This document shows positions 38,842 to 48,942 of a stretch of 64,000 bases of DNA, in pieces. Below the pieces are notes generated by a model. That model saw only the letters and a list, made by a program, of their open reading frames with translations, did not search any database and was not told where the DNA came from. How positions within the stretch are numbered: the stretch's first letter is position 1; each line of letters starts with the position of its first letter. A program made the position numbers and the translations under genes. The DNA comes from Candidatus Latescibacterota bacterium (GTDB lineage: Bacteria > Latescibacterota > UBA2968), in assembly GCA_965204745.1 (NCBI GenBank), contig OZ242010.1:3392001-3456000 (forward strand), in the 5' to 3' direction.

Positions 38842-41800
38842 ATGTCTGTCGAGAGATTGTACAATCGCATGAAAAATTCGCCGCCGTTTAAGGACTTGGC
38901 GCGAAAATTGGAATCCGGGGATCAGGAGGTGACCATGCGCGGGGGCGCGGGGTCCCTGTCGGCATTTGCTATCGCTTGGATCGAAGAATCCGTGCCCGGC
39001 CCGGTGGTGGTCGCGTGCGCGGATGAGGAGCGCGCCGAGGCATTGCGAAATGATTTGGAGCGGCTGGTCAAAGATGTGGGATATTTCCCGGGCTGGGATG
39101 TGGCGCATTGGGATGGGCGTTCCCCGCCTTTGGACGTGGTGGGATTGCGGATGGAAGCATTGGATCAGTTGCACCGGGGAGCGAGTGGCATCGTCGTTGC
39201 ACCGATTGAAGCCCTGATGGGGCACACCTTGTCCCCGGATCTGTTTGACTTGAGTGTGAAGACGGTTCGGTTGGATCAGGAGATCGCGCCTTTGGAATTG
39301 GCGGATCATCTGGTGGAAATCGGCTATGAGCGCGTGACCACTGTGGAGGGCGTGGGGCAATTTGGCATGCGCGGTGGCATTTTGGATGTTTGTTCGTTTG
39401 GCAACGCGCATCCGGTTCGGCTGGAGTTTTGGGGCGATGAGATATCGTCGATCCGCGCGTTTGATTTGAGTACGCAGCGATCCGTGGCGCAGTTGGAGGC
39501 AACGCGAATTTTGCCTTGCCGCGAAAGTGTGCTCCCGCTGACGATGGCGGATATCTATTTGGAGAATCTGGAGAAAGCAGAGCGCGATTTGGGCATTGAA
39601 TTGCCCACCGTGCGGGAGATGCTGGAACGCGAAGGGGTTTTTGAGGGTCAGGAGCACTACCTCGGCGCATTGTATGGCGAGCGCACGGGTTTGTTGGATT
39701 ACGTGCCCGAAGGGTGTTGGGTCGTCTTAGATGACCCCGATGGCATCGCCGGCGCAGCGGATAAGGCATGGGCCGCGTGCGAGCAACTCGCACAGCGCAA
39801 AAAGAAACGGCGTTCGGAAACAGAACCCCTGCCAGCGCGGTACGTACTCCGCAAGCCAAAGGATGTGCTTCGCCAGTTGGAACGCATGCCTCGGGTGGTG
39901 AATCGCGCATTGGGCGGCGCGGCTGAAGATGCGGTGGATTTTGGCGGGCAGAGCGGGCAGCACTACGAGGGGCATGTGGCGGTGTTGAAAGAGGATTTGC
40001 GAAAGTACTGGCTGGATGCGTATGAGGTCGTCATCCTTTGCGAGAGCGCGGGACAGCAGGCGCGCTTAGAGGAAATTTTGGAAGACAGCGCCGATGTGGT
40101 CTCGATTTACGTGGGCGCGTTGCAAGCCGGATTTGCGTACGGACCCGGCGAGGTCTTTTTGGTCAATGACCATGAAATTTACAGCCGCGTGCGTCGGCGA
40201 CGGCGGTATCGGCGGTTTCAAGATGCGTCGCCGATCAAGACGGTGGCCGCCCTTCAGCGCGGCGATTTTGTCGTGCATGTGGATCACGGCATCGGGCGGT
40301 TTGAAGGCGTAGAGCGCATTGAGATGGGCCGCTTGGCCAGCGATTGCCTCGCCCTTGGGTATCGGGACGGGGATCGGGTTTTTGTGCCGGTGGATCAGAT
40401 GAACCGCGTGCAAAAGTATTCCGGGCGAGATGGCGTAGCACCCGTGCTGAGCAAATTGGGCACGGTGGCATGGGAGCGGTTGAAGGAAAGGACGCGCAAA
40501 GCCATTTTCAAAATGGCGGCAGAGCTCGTGGCATTGTACGCCGAACGCAAAGCGCGACCGGGCACGGCATTTTCGCCCGATAGCGCGGAGATGAAGGCGT
40601 TGGAAGCATCGTTTCCCTTTAGCGAAACCCGGGATCAACAAACGGCGATAGAGGCCGTGTGCCGAGACATGGAATCGAGGTCCGCGATGGATCGGTTGAT
40701 TTGTGGCGACGTGGGATACGGCAAGACCGAGGTGGCGATTCGCGCGGCATTCAAGGCGATTTTAGACGGCGAGCAAGTGGCGGTTTTGGCCCCCACGACC
40801 ATTTTGGCGCAACAGCACTTTCGCACGTTTTCCGAGCGGTTTGCGGAATTTCCCGTGCATGTGGCGGTTTTGAGCCGGTTCCGCACGCGGGCCGAGCAAC
40901 AACGCACCCTCGAGCGGATGAAGAATGGGAGCGTGGATATCGTGGTGGGCACGCATCGGTTGTTGTCTAAGGACATCCATTTTAAGTCCTTGGGGCTTTT
41001 GGTCATAGACGAAGAACACCGCTTTGGGGTTCGGCACAAAGAGCGATTAAAAGAGATGCGGCGGTTGGTGGATGTATTGACCCTTACCGCCACGCCCATT
41101 CCGCGCACCTTGCACATGTCCCTGATGGGCGCGCGCGATATGTCCGTGATTCAAACCCCGCCCAAGGATCGCTTGCCCATTCAGACCGAAGTGCTGGCAT
41201 TTGAGGAGGAGCGCATTGCCGAGGCGATTTTGCGCGAAGTGGATCGCGGCGGGCAGATCTACTTTGTCCACAATCGCATTCAGTCCATGCCGGCGATGAT
41301 GGACTTTCTCTATCACTTGGTGCCCGAAGTGCGGTTGGGAATGGGGCATGGGCAAATGCCCGAGCGACAACTCGAAAAGGTGATGCTGGACTTTTTCGAG
41401 CACAAGTACGACGTTCTGGTCTCGACGATGATCGTGGAGTCCGGGTTGGATATTCCCAATGTGAATACCCTGATCGTGAACCGCGCGGATCGCTTGGGCT
41501 TGGCGCAATTGTACCAGTTGCGCGGCCGGGTGGGGCGGTCGAATAAGCGGGCGTATGCGTATTTGTTCGTGCCGTCGCGCCAAGCCCTTAGAAAAGCGGC
41601 TGTGCGGCGGTTGCGCGCCATTGAGGAGTTTTCGGATTTGGGATCTGGATTTCACATTTCCATGCGGGATATGGAAATTCGCGGCGCGGGCAATGTCTTG
41701 GGGGCGCAACAACACGGGCATATTGCGGCTGTGGGATTCGATTTGTACACGCGCTTGTTGGACGAGGCCGTGCGGCAGATCAAGGGCGATGAGACCGAAC

Positions 41801-42252
41801 CCGCGATTGAGCCAGAGGTGCAAGTGTCGGTCTCGTCGTACATTCCAAACGATTATATTCCGGATGCGGATCAAAAGATGCAGTTTTACCAGCGGTTGGG
41901 CGAGATGCGCCGAACCGTGGAGGTGCTCGCAATTGAAGAGGAACTCGCGGATCGCTTCGGGCCTTTGCCCGAACCCACCGCCGCATTGTTGGATGTTTTA
42001 CAGGTCAAAATTTTGGCACGCCAACTCCGGTTGTCGCAGTTGCACATCGGCGAGGTGATGACGATGACCCTGTCTCCTGAAAACATGCTGACCCGGCAAG
42101 AGATCGAGCGGATGGTGACGCAGTCGCCCCTGCCCCTACAATTCGCACTGGGAGACCCGCCAAAGATCGAGGTCGCACTGATCGGCAAGGGGCCCCAGTC
42201 GCGCTTGGAATCGGCGAAAAATGTGTTGCAGAGCCTTATCGCCAACCCGTAA
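38842..42252 (+). CDS. mfd: Transcription-repair coupling factor
   Basis: VVHVDHGIGRF, GDVGYGKT, DEEH, QLRGRVGR, TRCF C-terminus. Confidence 0.98.
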   Translation: MSVERLYNRMKNSPPFKDLARKLESGDQEVTMRGGAGSLSAFAIAWIEESVPGPVVVACADEERAEALRNDLERLVKDVGYFPGWDVAHWDGRSPPLDVVGLRMEALDQLHRGASGIVVAPIEALMGHTLSPDLFDLSVKTVRLDQEIAPLELADHLVEIGYERVTTVEGVGQFGMRGGILDVCSFGNAHPVRLEFWGDEISSIRAFDLSTQRSVAQLEATRILPCRESVLPLTMADIYLENLEKAERDLGIELPTVREMLEREGVFEGQEHYLGALYGERTGLLDYVPEGCWVVLDDPDGIAGAADKAWAACEQLAQRKKKRRSETEPLPARYVLRKPKDVLRQLERMPRVVNRALGGAAEDAVDFGGQSGQHYEGHVAVLKEDLRKYWLDAYEVVILCESAGQQARLEEILEDSADVVSIYVGALQAGFAYGPGEVFLVNDHEIYSRVRRRRRYRRFQDASPIKTVAALQRGDFVVHVDHGIGRFEGVERIEMGRLASDCLALGYRDGDRVFVPVDQMNRVQKYSGRDGVAPVLSKLGTVAWERLKERTRKAIFKMAAELVALYAERKARPGTAFSPDSAEMKALEASFPFSETRDQQTAIEAVCRDMESRSAMDRLICGDVGYGKTEVAIRAAFKAILDGEQVAVLAPTTILAQQHFRTFSERFAEFPVHVAVLSRFRTRAEQQRTLERMKNGSVDIVVGTHRLLSKDIHFKSLGLLVIDEEHRFGVRHKERLKEMRRLVDVLTLTATPIPRTLHMSLMGARDMSVIQTPPKDRLPIQTEVLAFEEERIAEAILREVDRGGQIYFVHNRIQSMPAMMDFLYHLVPEVRLGMGHGQMPERQLEKVMLDFFEHKYDVLVSTMIVESGLDIPNVNTLIVNRADRLGLAQLYQLRGRVGRSNKRAYAYLFVPSRQALRKAAVRRLRAIEEFSDLGSGFHISMRDMEIRGAGNVLGAQQHGHIAAVGFDLYTRLLDEAVRQIKGDETEPAIEPEVQVSVSSYIPNDYIPDADQKMQFYQRLGEMRRTVEVLAIEEELADRFGPLPEPTAALLDVLQVKILARQLRLSQLHIGEVMTMTLSPENMLTRQEIERMVTQSPLPLQFALGDPPKIEVALIGKGPQSRLESAKNVLQSLIANP

Positions 42253-42280
42253 AATCCCATATCTTTGGGCGAGCACAAAT

Positions 42281-42737
42281 GCGTTTGGTCCTACAGCCTC
42301 GTTGGTTGCCTCCGATGCCTTCGGCGACCTACTTTTTTTCAACAGCAAAAAAAAGTAGGCGAGCGGGGTACAACTGCCCCAGCAGTTCAAAAATGCCGCT
42401 CTCAAACGCCGAGGGGCTTGCACAGCGCAAATCGCTTTTGTAATCGCACGATGAGACAGCCTGCAAAGTTAGTTGCATAATGGATGTGGGTTGCGAGACG
42501 GCCTTGCGCGCTGTGCGTGATGGCTTGATCGGAGGAGGTTTTGCGAGAGCACTTGTTGGGATGCCTTCTTTGAACTGCGGAACGGCAGTGAATATGATGA
42601 GCGTGGTAGCAAAAACGAGAAAGTTGAAGGAGCGACTGTTCCAGTTTCTCAAACCGAGAGCATATCTTGCGATAGGGCTTGATTTTTCCGATAAACAGCT
42701 CAACCAAAGTGAGTTGCTTGTAAATGTCAACACAACC
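42281..42737. mobile_element. Partial IS5-derived MITE (right TIR only)
   Basis: Colinear with 21181-21606; ends AAATGTCAACACAACC-TA. Confidence 0.75.
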
Positions 42738-43159
42738 TAAACGCCCATCTCCCGTTTGAGGTCTATCCCTTGCCAAATGCGGCTCTAAGACTTAAATTGG
42801 TCATGTCGAATCAACGAAGTGCGTCGGGTTTTGGGCTGTTGGGCGGGGACTGACAACTGACAACTGACAACTGACAACTGACAACTGCCTCTTGTATCTC
42901 TGGACGAACACGGGGGCATCGCCTAAAAAGGTGAGAGGTGAGAGGCAAGACGGGAGAAGACCCACACTCACTGCTCGCCTTTGAACGGGTTGTCGCCCAG
43001 TTGTACCCCTTTTGTGTTTTTGTGCCTTTTGTGGCTATCGCCAGTTGTACCCCGCTCGTGCCTAAAATCCCATCTTACTTCTCGCACGGGTTGGGTTGAC
43101 TGCTGATCGTTTGTAACTTGGTAGATACGGAACTTTAGTTTTTTTCGATAGTTAGACCC

Positions 43160-44008
43160 ATGACCTCCACAGGAGAGCGCGTTTTGAACCGGACGGGATG
43201 TTTGAAACTTGGCTTGATGATCGGCTCGATTGCCCTGTGGGGATGCAAGGTGCCGCCGAAAGGCACTGTGGTGGCACAGGTGGGGGATAGTTACCTGACC
43301 AAAGAGGCATTAGACCGTCGGATTCCCGCCCCGTTTGCCGGCAAATTGTCGGTTGCGGAAAAACGCAGGTTGGTCGAAAATTGGGTCGAAGAAGAGTTGC
43401 TCTATCGCGAGGCATTGCGGCAAAAGCTCGATAGAGATCCCGAATTGTCGGATCGCATAGATCGTGCGGTGCGGCAATTGTTGGCAGGCGAGTTGATGGC
43501 GCGCCAACACGAGCGGGATACCGACGTCTTACAGGACGAAATTCTCGCCTATTACGAAGCGCATCGGGCGGATTTTGAGCGCGAGAAGCCCGAACTGAGG
43601 GTGCGGCACATCGTCTTGAAAGACGAACAGGCAATGAATCAGGCGTGGGAGCGATTGCAAAAAGGCGCGTTTTTTGGGCAATTGGCCGGCGAAATTTCAA
43701 TTGATCGGTCGGCTTCAAAGGGCGGGGATTTGGGATATTTTACCGAGGATATGGTCAGCCCGGATTTTTGGGCCGCGTGTCGAGACGTCAAACCGGGGCA
43801 TCGGGTGCGCGTTTCGACCGCATTGGGCTACCACATCATCGAGGTGCTAGATCGGCGCGAAGCGGGTTCCATCCGCGAGTTGACCGAGGTGCGCGACGAG
43901 ATTCAACTGCGCGTTCTGACCGAGCGCAGACGCGAGCAACGGGCGAAATTGCTGACCGATCTCAAGGATCGGATGGAATGGTCAATGGATTTGGAGAAGA
44001 TCGAGTAG
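43160..44008 (+). CDS. Parvulin/PpiC peptidyl-prolyl isomerase, probable lipoprotein
   Basis: LWGC lipobox, VRHIVL, KGGDLGYF, GYHII. Confidence 0.9.
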   Translation: MTSTGERVLNRTGCLKLGLMIGSIALWGCKVPPKGTVVAQVGDSYLTKEALDRRIPAPFAGKLSVAEKRRLVENWVEEELLYREALRQKLDRDPELSDRIDRAVRQLLAGELMARQHERDTDVLQDEILAYYEAHRADFEREKPELRVRHIVLKDEQAMNQAWERLQKGAFFGQLAGEISIDRSASKGGDLGYFTEDMVSPDFWAACRDVKPGHRVRVSTALGYHIIEVLDRREAGSIRELTEVRDEIQLRVLTERRREQRAKLLTDLKDRMEWSMDLEKIE

Positions 44009-44086
44009 TGAACCGACCACTAACTGCTGATTGCTGACCGCTTGGCGGCGGGACTGACAACTGGCTACTGACAACTGGAGCTTTTC

Positions 44087-45322
44087 ATGAAAATCACATT
44101 TCTGCTCATCGGCATCATCGCACTCGCGGGCACAGCGCGGGCAGAGCCTGTGTTGTTGGACAAAATCGTGGCTGTGGTGGATGACGAGATCGTGTTGCAA
44201 TCGGATGTGGAGAACAAATTGCGAATGGCGTTGATCGGTCAGGGGATCGACGTGCGTACCATGCCACAGGCCGAACTCGAAGACATGTTCAACAAGGTGT
44301 TAGAGAACGAAATTCAGCGCAAATTACTGCTGGCCAAGGCGCGGGAAGACAGCATTGAGGTGGATGAGGATCGCGTGGAAGAAATGGTGCGGGCGCAGAT
44401 TCGCCAGTTCAAGGAGGAGTTCGGCGCGACGGCGTTTGCCGAAGAGCTAAAAAAACAGGGGTTGACCGAGCGGCAGGTGCGGGACGAGTTCAGGGAGCAA
44501 TTTCGCGATCAGTACTTGGAACGCAGCATGACCGAGATGCTCGCGCAACAGGTGAGCGTGTCGCCTCGGGACGTGAAGGCGTTTCAAGAGAAATACCGGC
44601 GCGGCGAATCCGACGTCGTGTCCCTAAGTCATATTTTTGTCGAACCCACCGCATCTCTTGAACAGCGAGACAAAGTTCGACCGCAGGCAGAGGCGGTGTT
44701 GGAACGCATTCGGGCAGGTGAGGATTTCGCCGCGCTGGCAAAGGAATTTTCACAAGATCCAGGTAGCGCGTCCCAAGGTGGGGATTTGGGCTTTTTTGGC
44801 CGGGGTACCATGGTGACGGCGTTTGAGGAGGTGGCATTTGGTCTCAAAGTGGGCGAGGTGAGCGACCTCGTGCTATCGAAGTTTGGCTTTCACATTATCC
44901 GCGTGGATGAGATCGCGGGCGATCAGGTGCGGGCGCGCCACATCTTGTTTTTGTTGCCGGCAGACGAAGATGCGGCGCAACGCAGGGCCATGGCCTTGTA
45001 CCAACAGATTCAAGACGGGGCGGATTTTGCCGAACTCGCACGCGCAGAGTCCGATTTTGAACAGACCGCGTCTCGCGGCGGATTGTTGGGCAGTTTGCCC
45101 AAGGCCAATCTGCCCCCCGAATACGCAGATGTGGTGCGCGCGCTCAAACCGGGCGGGGTGAGTTTGCCGGTGAAAATGGAAGGCGGGTGGAACCTGTTTC
45201 GCATCAATGACGATGTCAGCGCGTTGGAAGAGATCGCCAAGGAAGAGCGTTTGCAGGTGTTGTTCCGCGAAAAGTTGGCGGAGACGCGGAAGAAGTTGTA
45301 CGTGGATGTGCGCTTGGAATAG
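44087..45322 (+). CDS. surA: SurA-like chaperone/PPIase
   Basis: Signal peptide, DKIVAVVDDEIVLQSD, two parvulin domains. Confidence 0.88.
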   Translation: MKITFLLIGIIALAGTARAEPVLLDKIVAVVDDEIVLQSDVENKLRMALIGQGIDVRTMPQAELEDMFNKVLENEIQRKLLLAKAREDSIEVDEDRVEEMVRAQIRQFKEEFGATAFAEELKKQGLTERQVRDEFREQFRDQYLERSMTEMLAQQVSVSPRDVKAFQEKYRRGESDVVSLSHIFVEPTASLEQRDKVRPQAEAVLERIRAGEDFAALAKEFSQDPGSASQGGDLGFFGRGTMVTAFEEVAFGLKVGEVSDLVLSKFGFHIIRVDEIAGDQVRARHILFLLPADEDAAQRRAMALYQQIQDGADFAELARAESDFEQTASRGGLLGSLPKANLPPEYADVVRALKPGGVSLPVKMEGGWNLFRINDDVSALEEIAKEERLQVLFREKLAETRKKLYVDVRLE

Positions 45323-45429
45323 CCCCTACTCCAATCTTTCAATGCGTTATTGCACGCCATAGATAGATCGAAGATGTATCGATTCACTTTCCGTCAATCG
45401 GGTTAGAATGCCATACATAGGGAGGGCGA

Positions 45430-45813
45430 ATGGGGGAAAGCACCCGCGAAATTTTAGAGTCCAAAGAGTCTATTTGGGCGCGTGTATTTTTTTATAACAT
45501 TTTTATCGGAATTGCTATCTATATCAGTGTTCGGGAGGCCTGGCTTTATCCATTGGCAGGCATACAAGGGATGGGTGACTTGGCGGGGTTCGTGGCTTTG
45601 TTGGTGTTCATTTACACGACTTGGAAGGAGACAGCTATGTTGTTTTACGATGCGTGGGCGAAAAGGGAGCGTCAACAAGGGCGCCAACAAGGGCGCCAAG
45701 AAGAGCGTCAAGAATTGCGTCAAGGCATTGCCCAAGTGTTTGCAGATGACAAAGACGCCATGGAAAAGCTCGATAAATTTTTCAATGGCATCACGCCAAC
45801 AGACCAGAAATGA
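45430..45813 (+). CDS. Hypothetical two-TM protein with QQGR-repeat C-terminal module
   Basis: GGAGG RBS; two hydrophobic segments; tail shared with downstream ORFs. Confidence 0.7.
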   Translation: MGESTREILESKESIWARVFFYNIFIGIAIYISVREAWLYPLAGIQGMGDLAGFVALLVFIYTTWKETAMLFYDAWAKRERQQGRQQGRQEERQELRQGIAQVFADDKDAMEKLDKFFNGITPTDQK

Positions 45814-45915
45814 GCGGTAAGGCGCGGTCTGCTGATACCTGATAGGGGTGTAATCGGGCGCGTGGTTTAGCGCGACAGCGTTTTAGGACATATTTGTTTT
45901 GGAAGGTGGTAATTT

Positions 45916-46389
45916 GTGGTAAAACGAGAGGATCTAATATCCAAGATAAAATCAGAAAAAATTAAAGAGGCTGTTCAGGCATGGCGTCTCTGGGTTGTCA
46001 ATTCTTTTGCTGTCATTGCTTTGGTGCTCGGATGTTGTAAATGTGGGTGGAGCCCTTTTAATCTGTTGCCCTATTTCCCCTATTTACAACCTTACCAACA
46101 GCTTTTTAACGAATGGCTTGTTCGTTATGCGTCAAGCCAAGGGTGGAGTGATTGTGTCGGTTTTGTGGGGTTTGGGATATTTACTTTTATCACCACAGGA
46201 GAAATAGTCATGTACGTTTATGACTGGATGTGTAATCGGCGCGAGTATAAGGCTGAAAAATTGCGCCAAGAAGGACGCCAAGAAGAGCGTCAAGAATTGC
46301 GTCAAGGCATTGCCCAAGTGTTTGCAGACAACAAAGACGCCATGGAGAAGCTCGATCAATTTTTTAATGGGCATAACGGTCAGAAATGA
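45916..46389 (+). CDS. Hypothetical membrane protein with QEGR-repeat C-terminal module
   Basis: Hydrophobic N-terminal half; C-terminal MYVYDW...GQK module. Confidence 0.65.
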   Translation: MVKREDLISKIKSEKIKEAVQAWRLWVVNSFAVIALVLGCCKCGWSPFNLLPYFPYLQPYQQLFNEWLVRYASSQGWSDCVGFVGFGIFTFITTGEIVMYVYDWMCNRREYKAEKLRQEGRQEERQELRQGIAQVFADNKDAMEKLDQFFNGHNGQK

Positions 46390-46443
46390 GCGGTAAGGCG
46401 TGATCTGTTGATGCCTGATAGGTTTCGTAACCGGACGATAGCC

Positions 46444-46617
46444 ATGTACGTTTATGACTGGATGTGTAATCGGCGCGAGTATAAGGCTGAAAAATTGCGC
46501 CAAGAAGAGCGTCAAGAATTGCGTCAAGGCATTGCCCAAGTGTTTGCAGACGACAAAGACGCCATGGAAAAACTCGATAAATTTTTCAATGGCATCACGC
46601 CAACAGACCAGAAATGA
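46444..46617 (+). CDS. Small QEGR-module protein (array copy)
   Basis: Intact ORF matching the module of 45916..46389. Confidence 0.5.
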   Translation: MYVYDWMCNRREYKAEKLRQEERQELRQGIAQVFADDKDAMEKLDKFFNGITPTDQK

Positions 46618-46671
46618 GCGGTAAGGCGCGGTCTGCTGATACCTGATAGGTTTCGTAATCGGACGATAGCC

Positions 46672-46881
46672 ATGTACGTTTATGACTGGATGTGTAATCG
46701 GCGCGAGTATAAGGCTGAAAAATTGCGCCAAGAAGGGCGTCAAGAAGGACATCAACAAGGGCGTCAAGAAGAGCGTCAAGAATTGCGTCAAGGCATTGCC
46801 CAAGTGTTTGCAGATGACAAAGACGCCATGGAAAAGCTCGATAAATTTTTCAATGGCATCACGCCAACAGACCAGAAATGA
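46672..46881 (+). CDS. Small QEGR-module protein (array copy)
   Basis: Intact 69-aa ORF. Confidence 0.5.
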   Translation: MYVYDWMCNRREYKAEKLRQEGRQEGHQQGRQEERQELRQGIAQVFADDKDAMEKLDKFFNGITPTDQK

Positions 46882-46938
46882 GCGGTAAGGCGCGGCGGTC
46901 TGCTGATACCTGATAGGTTTCGTAACCGGACGATAGCC

Positions 46939-47142
46939 ATGTACGTTTATGACTGGATGTGTAATCGGCGCGAGTATAAGGCTGAAAAATTGCGCCAAGA
47001 AGGGCGTCAAGAAGGACATCAACAAGGGCGTCAAGAAGAGCGTCAAGAATTGCGTCAAGGCATTGCCCAAGTGTTTGCAGATGACAAAGACGCCATGGAA
47101 AAGCTCGATCAATTTTTCAATGGGCATAACGGTCAGAAATAG
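46939..47142 (+). CDS. Small QEGR-module protein (array copy)
   Basis: Intact 67-aa ORF. Confidence 0.5.
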   Translation: MYVYDWMCNRREYKAEKLRQEGRQEGHQQGRQEERQELRQGIAQVFADDKDAMEKLDQFFNGHNGQK

Positions 47143-47181
47143 CCCGAGCGCGTGATCGCGCGATTGGATGCGAGGTTTGAA

Positions 47182-47454
47182 GTGAGATTGGATGTCTATT
47201 TGAATACGTGTTGTTTGGTGCGGCGGCGGTCAGAAGGCAAGCGGGCGTGCGACAATGGGATCGTGACCGTGGATGGGCAACAGGCCAAGGCGAGTCGCGT
47301 TTTGCACGTTGGGCAACGGGTGTGCATTGCGTTTTCCGACCGCCTGTTGGAATTTGAAGTGACCGCGTTGCCACGGGGCAATGTGTCGCGGAAGCAGGCG
47401 CCGAATTTTTATCGCATCGTGCGAGACGAAGCGCGGCCCCCCGAGTTTTTTTAG
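47182..47454 (+). CDS. RNA-binding S4 domain protein (Hsp15/YabO-like)
   Basis: RLDVYL...LVRRRS.GKRACDNG.V.VDG..AKAS. Confidence 0.88.
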   Translation: MRLDVYLNTCCLVRRRSEGKRACDNGIVTVDGQQAKASRVLHVGQRVCIAFSDRLLEFEVTALPRGNVSRKQAPNFYRIVRDEARPPEFF

Positions 47455-47511
47455 TTCGCAACATCCAAAACAGAAAGGCACAGGCCGGCAGAGGCTGGCC
47501 GTTTTTCATTT

Positions 47512-48273
47512 ATGGCAAATTCCGAGACCACAGCGACGCCTTATACCCGACTGGCGAGCATCTACGATTACGCGATGCGGCATGTGGATTACGTGCATTG
47601 GGCGCGCTATGTGTTGTCGTTGCTCGCACGGCACGATGTCGTGCCCGGCCGGGTATTGGATTTGGCTTGCGGCACGGGCAGTTTGGCGATGGAACTCCAT
47701 CGCCGAGGGGTCGATGTTTTAGGCGCGGATGGGTGCAAAGAGATGATGGGCGTGGCTGTGGAGAAGGCGCGTAAGGCGCGGTATCCCATTCGGTTTTTTC
47801 ACCGCAATTTGCTCGAGTTGGGCGATCTGCCGGCTTGCGATGTGGCGTTGTGTTTGTACGATAGCATCAACTATTTGACGTCGCCTGACTTGGTGCAGCG
47901 GGCACTTGAAGAAGTGCATCGCGTCGTCACCAGCGACGGTGTTTTCGTGGTCGATATTTGCACGGAGAGCAACTCGAGGCAGTACTTCAGCAATATGCAG
48001 TCCACAGATCTCGGGGAGGGATTTTCGTACCTGCGGCACAGTTATTACGAGGCGGCAGAGGAGATGCAGTACAACAGATTTGAGATTCATTTTGAAGATA
48101 CAGATGAAAGGGTGACGGAGTTGCACCGACAGCGCATTTATTCTTTGGCGAAGATCGAGGAAATCGTCGCGGCGTCGCCTTTTGAGATGGCGGGGGCTTA
48201 CGGGGGATATGGGTACGCGCCGCCGACCGAGTTGTCGGACCGGGTGCATTTTGTGTTGAAAAACGAGCTATGA
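47512..48273 (+). CDS. Class I SAM-dependent methyltransferase
   Basis: VLDLACGTG, CLYDSINYL. Confidence 0.92.
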   Translation: MANSETTATPYTRLASIYDYAMRHVDYVHWARYVLSLLARHDVVPGRVLDLACGTGSLAMELHRRGVDVLGADGCKEMMGVAVEKARKARYPIRFFHRNLLELGDLPACDVALCLYDSINYLTSPDLVQRALEEVHRVVTSDGVFVVDICTESNSRQYFSNMQSTDLGEGFSYLRHSYYEAAEEMQYNRFEIHFEDTDERVTELHRQRIYSLAKIEEIVAASPFEMAGAYGGYGYAPPTELSDRVHFVLKNEL

Positions 48274-48941
48274 GCGCGATCAAATTTCAACATGTGCAAG
48301 TCGAGCACCAGGGCAGACCGATATTGGTCGATGTGGATTTCGAGATCGCGCCGGGCGAGTTCGCCTACTTAATCGGGCCGACGAGCGCGGAAACGAGCGC
48401 GGTATTTCGGCTGATTATTTTTGACGACCTGCCCAGTTCGGGCGCGGTCATTGTCGGACAATACGATTCGCAACAGATCCGCAGATCGGATGTTCCAAAG
48501 GCGCGGCGGAACGTGGGCGCGGCGTTTCGGGATTTCAAATTGTTGCACGACCGCACGGTATATGAAAATGTGGCTTTCGCGCTCGAAGTGACCGGGGTTT
48601 CGCGGCGATGGGTCGAGCGCAAAACACGGGCGGCATTGTCGGATGTGGATTTGTTGCACACATGCGATGCGTATCCCGAAGCGTTGTCGGGCCGCGAGTT
48701 GCAACTGGTGGCGATAGCACGCGCCCTGGCAAATGATCCCGCGGTTTTGTTGATCGATGATCCCACCACCCACATGGATGCCGAGGCGACGGATGAGCTG
48801 ATGGCGATTTTTGCGAAGCTACACGCGCGGGGCATTGCCGCGATCATGGCGACGCGAGACGCGGAACTGATGGCGCGATACCCGCGGCGCGTCATCCGGT
48901 TGGCGGATGGCGTCTCGCACCTCGAGCAGGCGGATATGTGA
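48270..48941 (+). CDS. ftsE: FtsE-like ABC ATPase with degenerate motifs
   Basis: DFKLL.DRTVYENVAFALEV is typical FtsE; upstream of ftsX; Walker A altered. Confidence 0.8.
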   Translation: MSAIKFQHVQVEHQGRPILVDVDFEIAPGEFAYLIGPTSAETSAVFRLIIFDDLPSSGAVIVGQYDSQQIRRSDVPKARRNVGAAFRDFKLLHDRTVYENVAFALEVTGVSRRWVERKTRAALSDVDLLHTCDAYPEALSGRELQLVAIARALANDPAVLLIDDPTTHMDAEATDELMAIFAKLHARGIAAIMATRDAELMARYPRRVIRLADGVSHLEQADM

Positions 48942-48942
48942 C

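Larger units (their letters stand above)
46210..47142 (+). repeat. Four tandem units (periods 234, 228, 267 bp), each carrying an MYVYDW...QK module
   Basis: ATGTACGTTTATGACTGG at 46210, 46444, 46672, 46939; variable number of 12-bp QEGR repeats. Confidence 0.92.

Noticed and set aside
46132-47127. 331-aa minus-strand repeat protein
   Set aside because: Antisense reading of the tandem array; RBSs and gene context favour the plus strand
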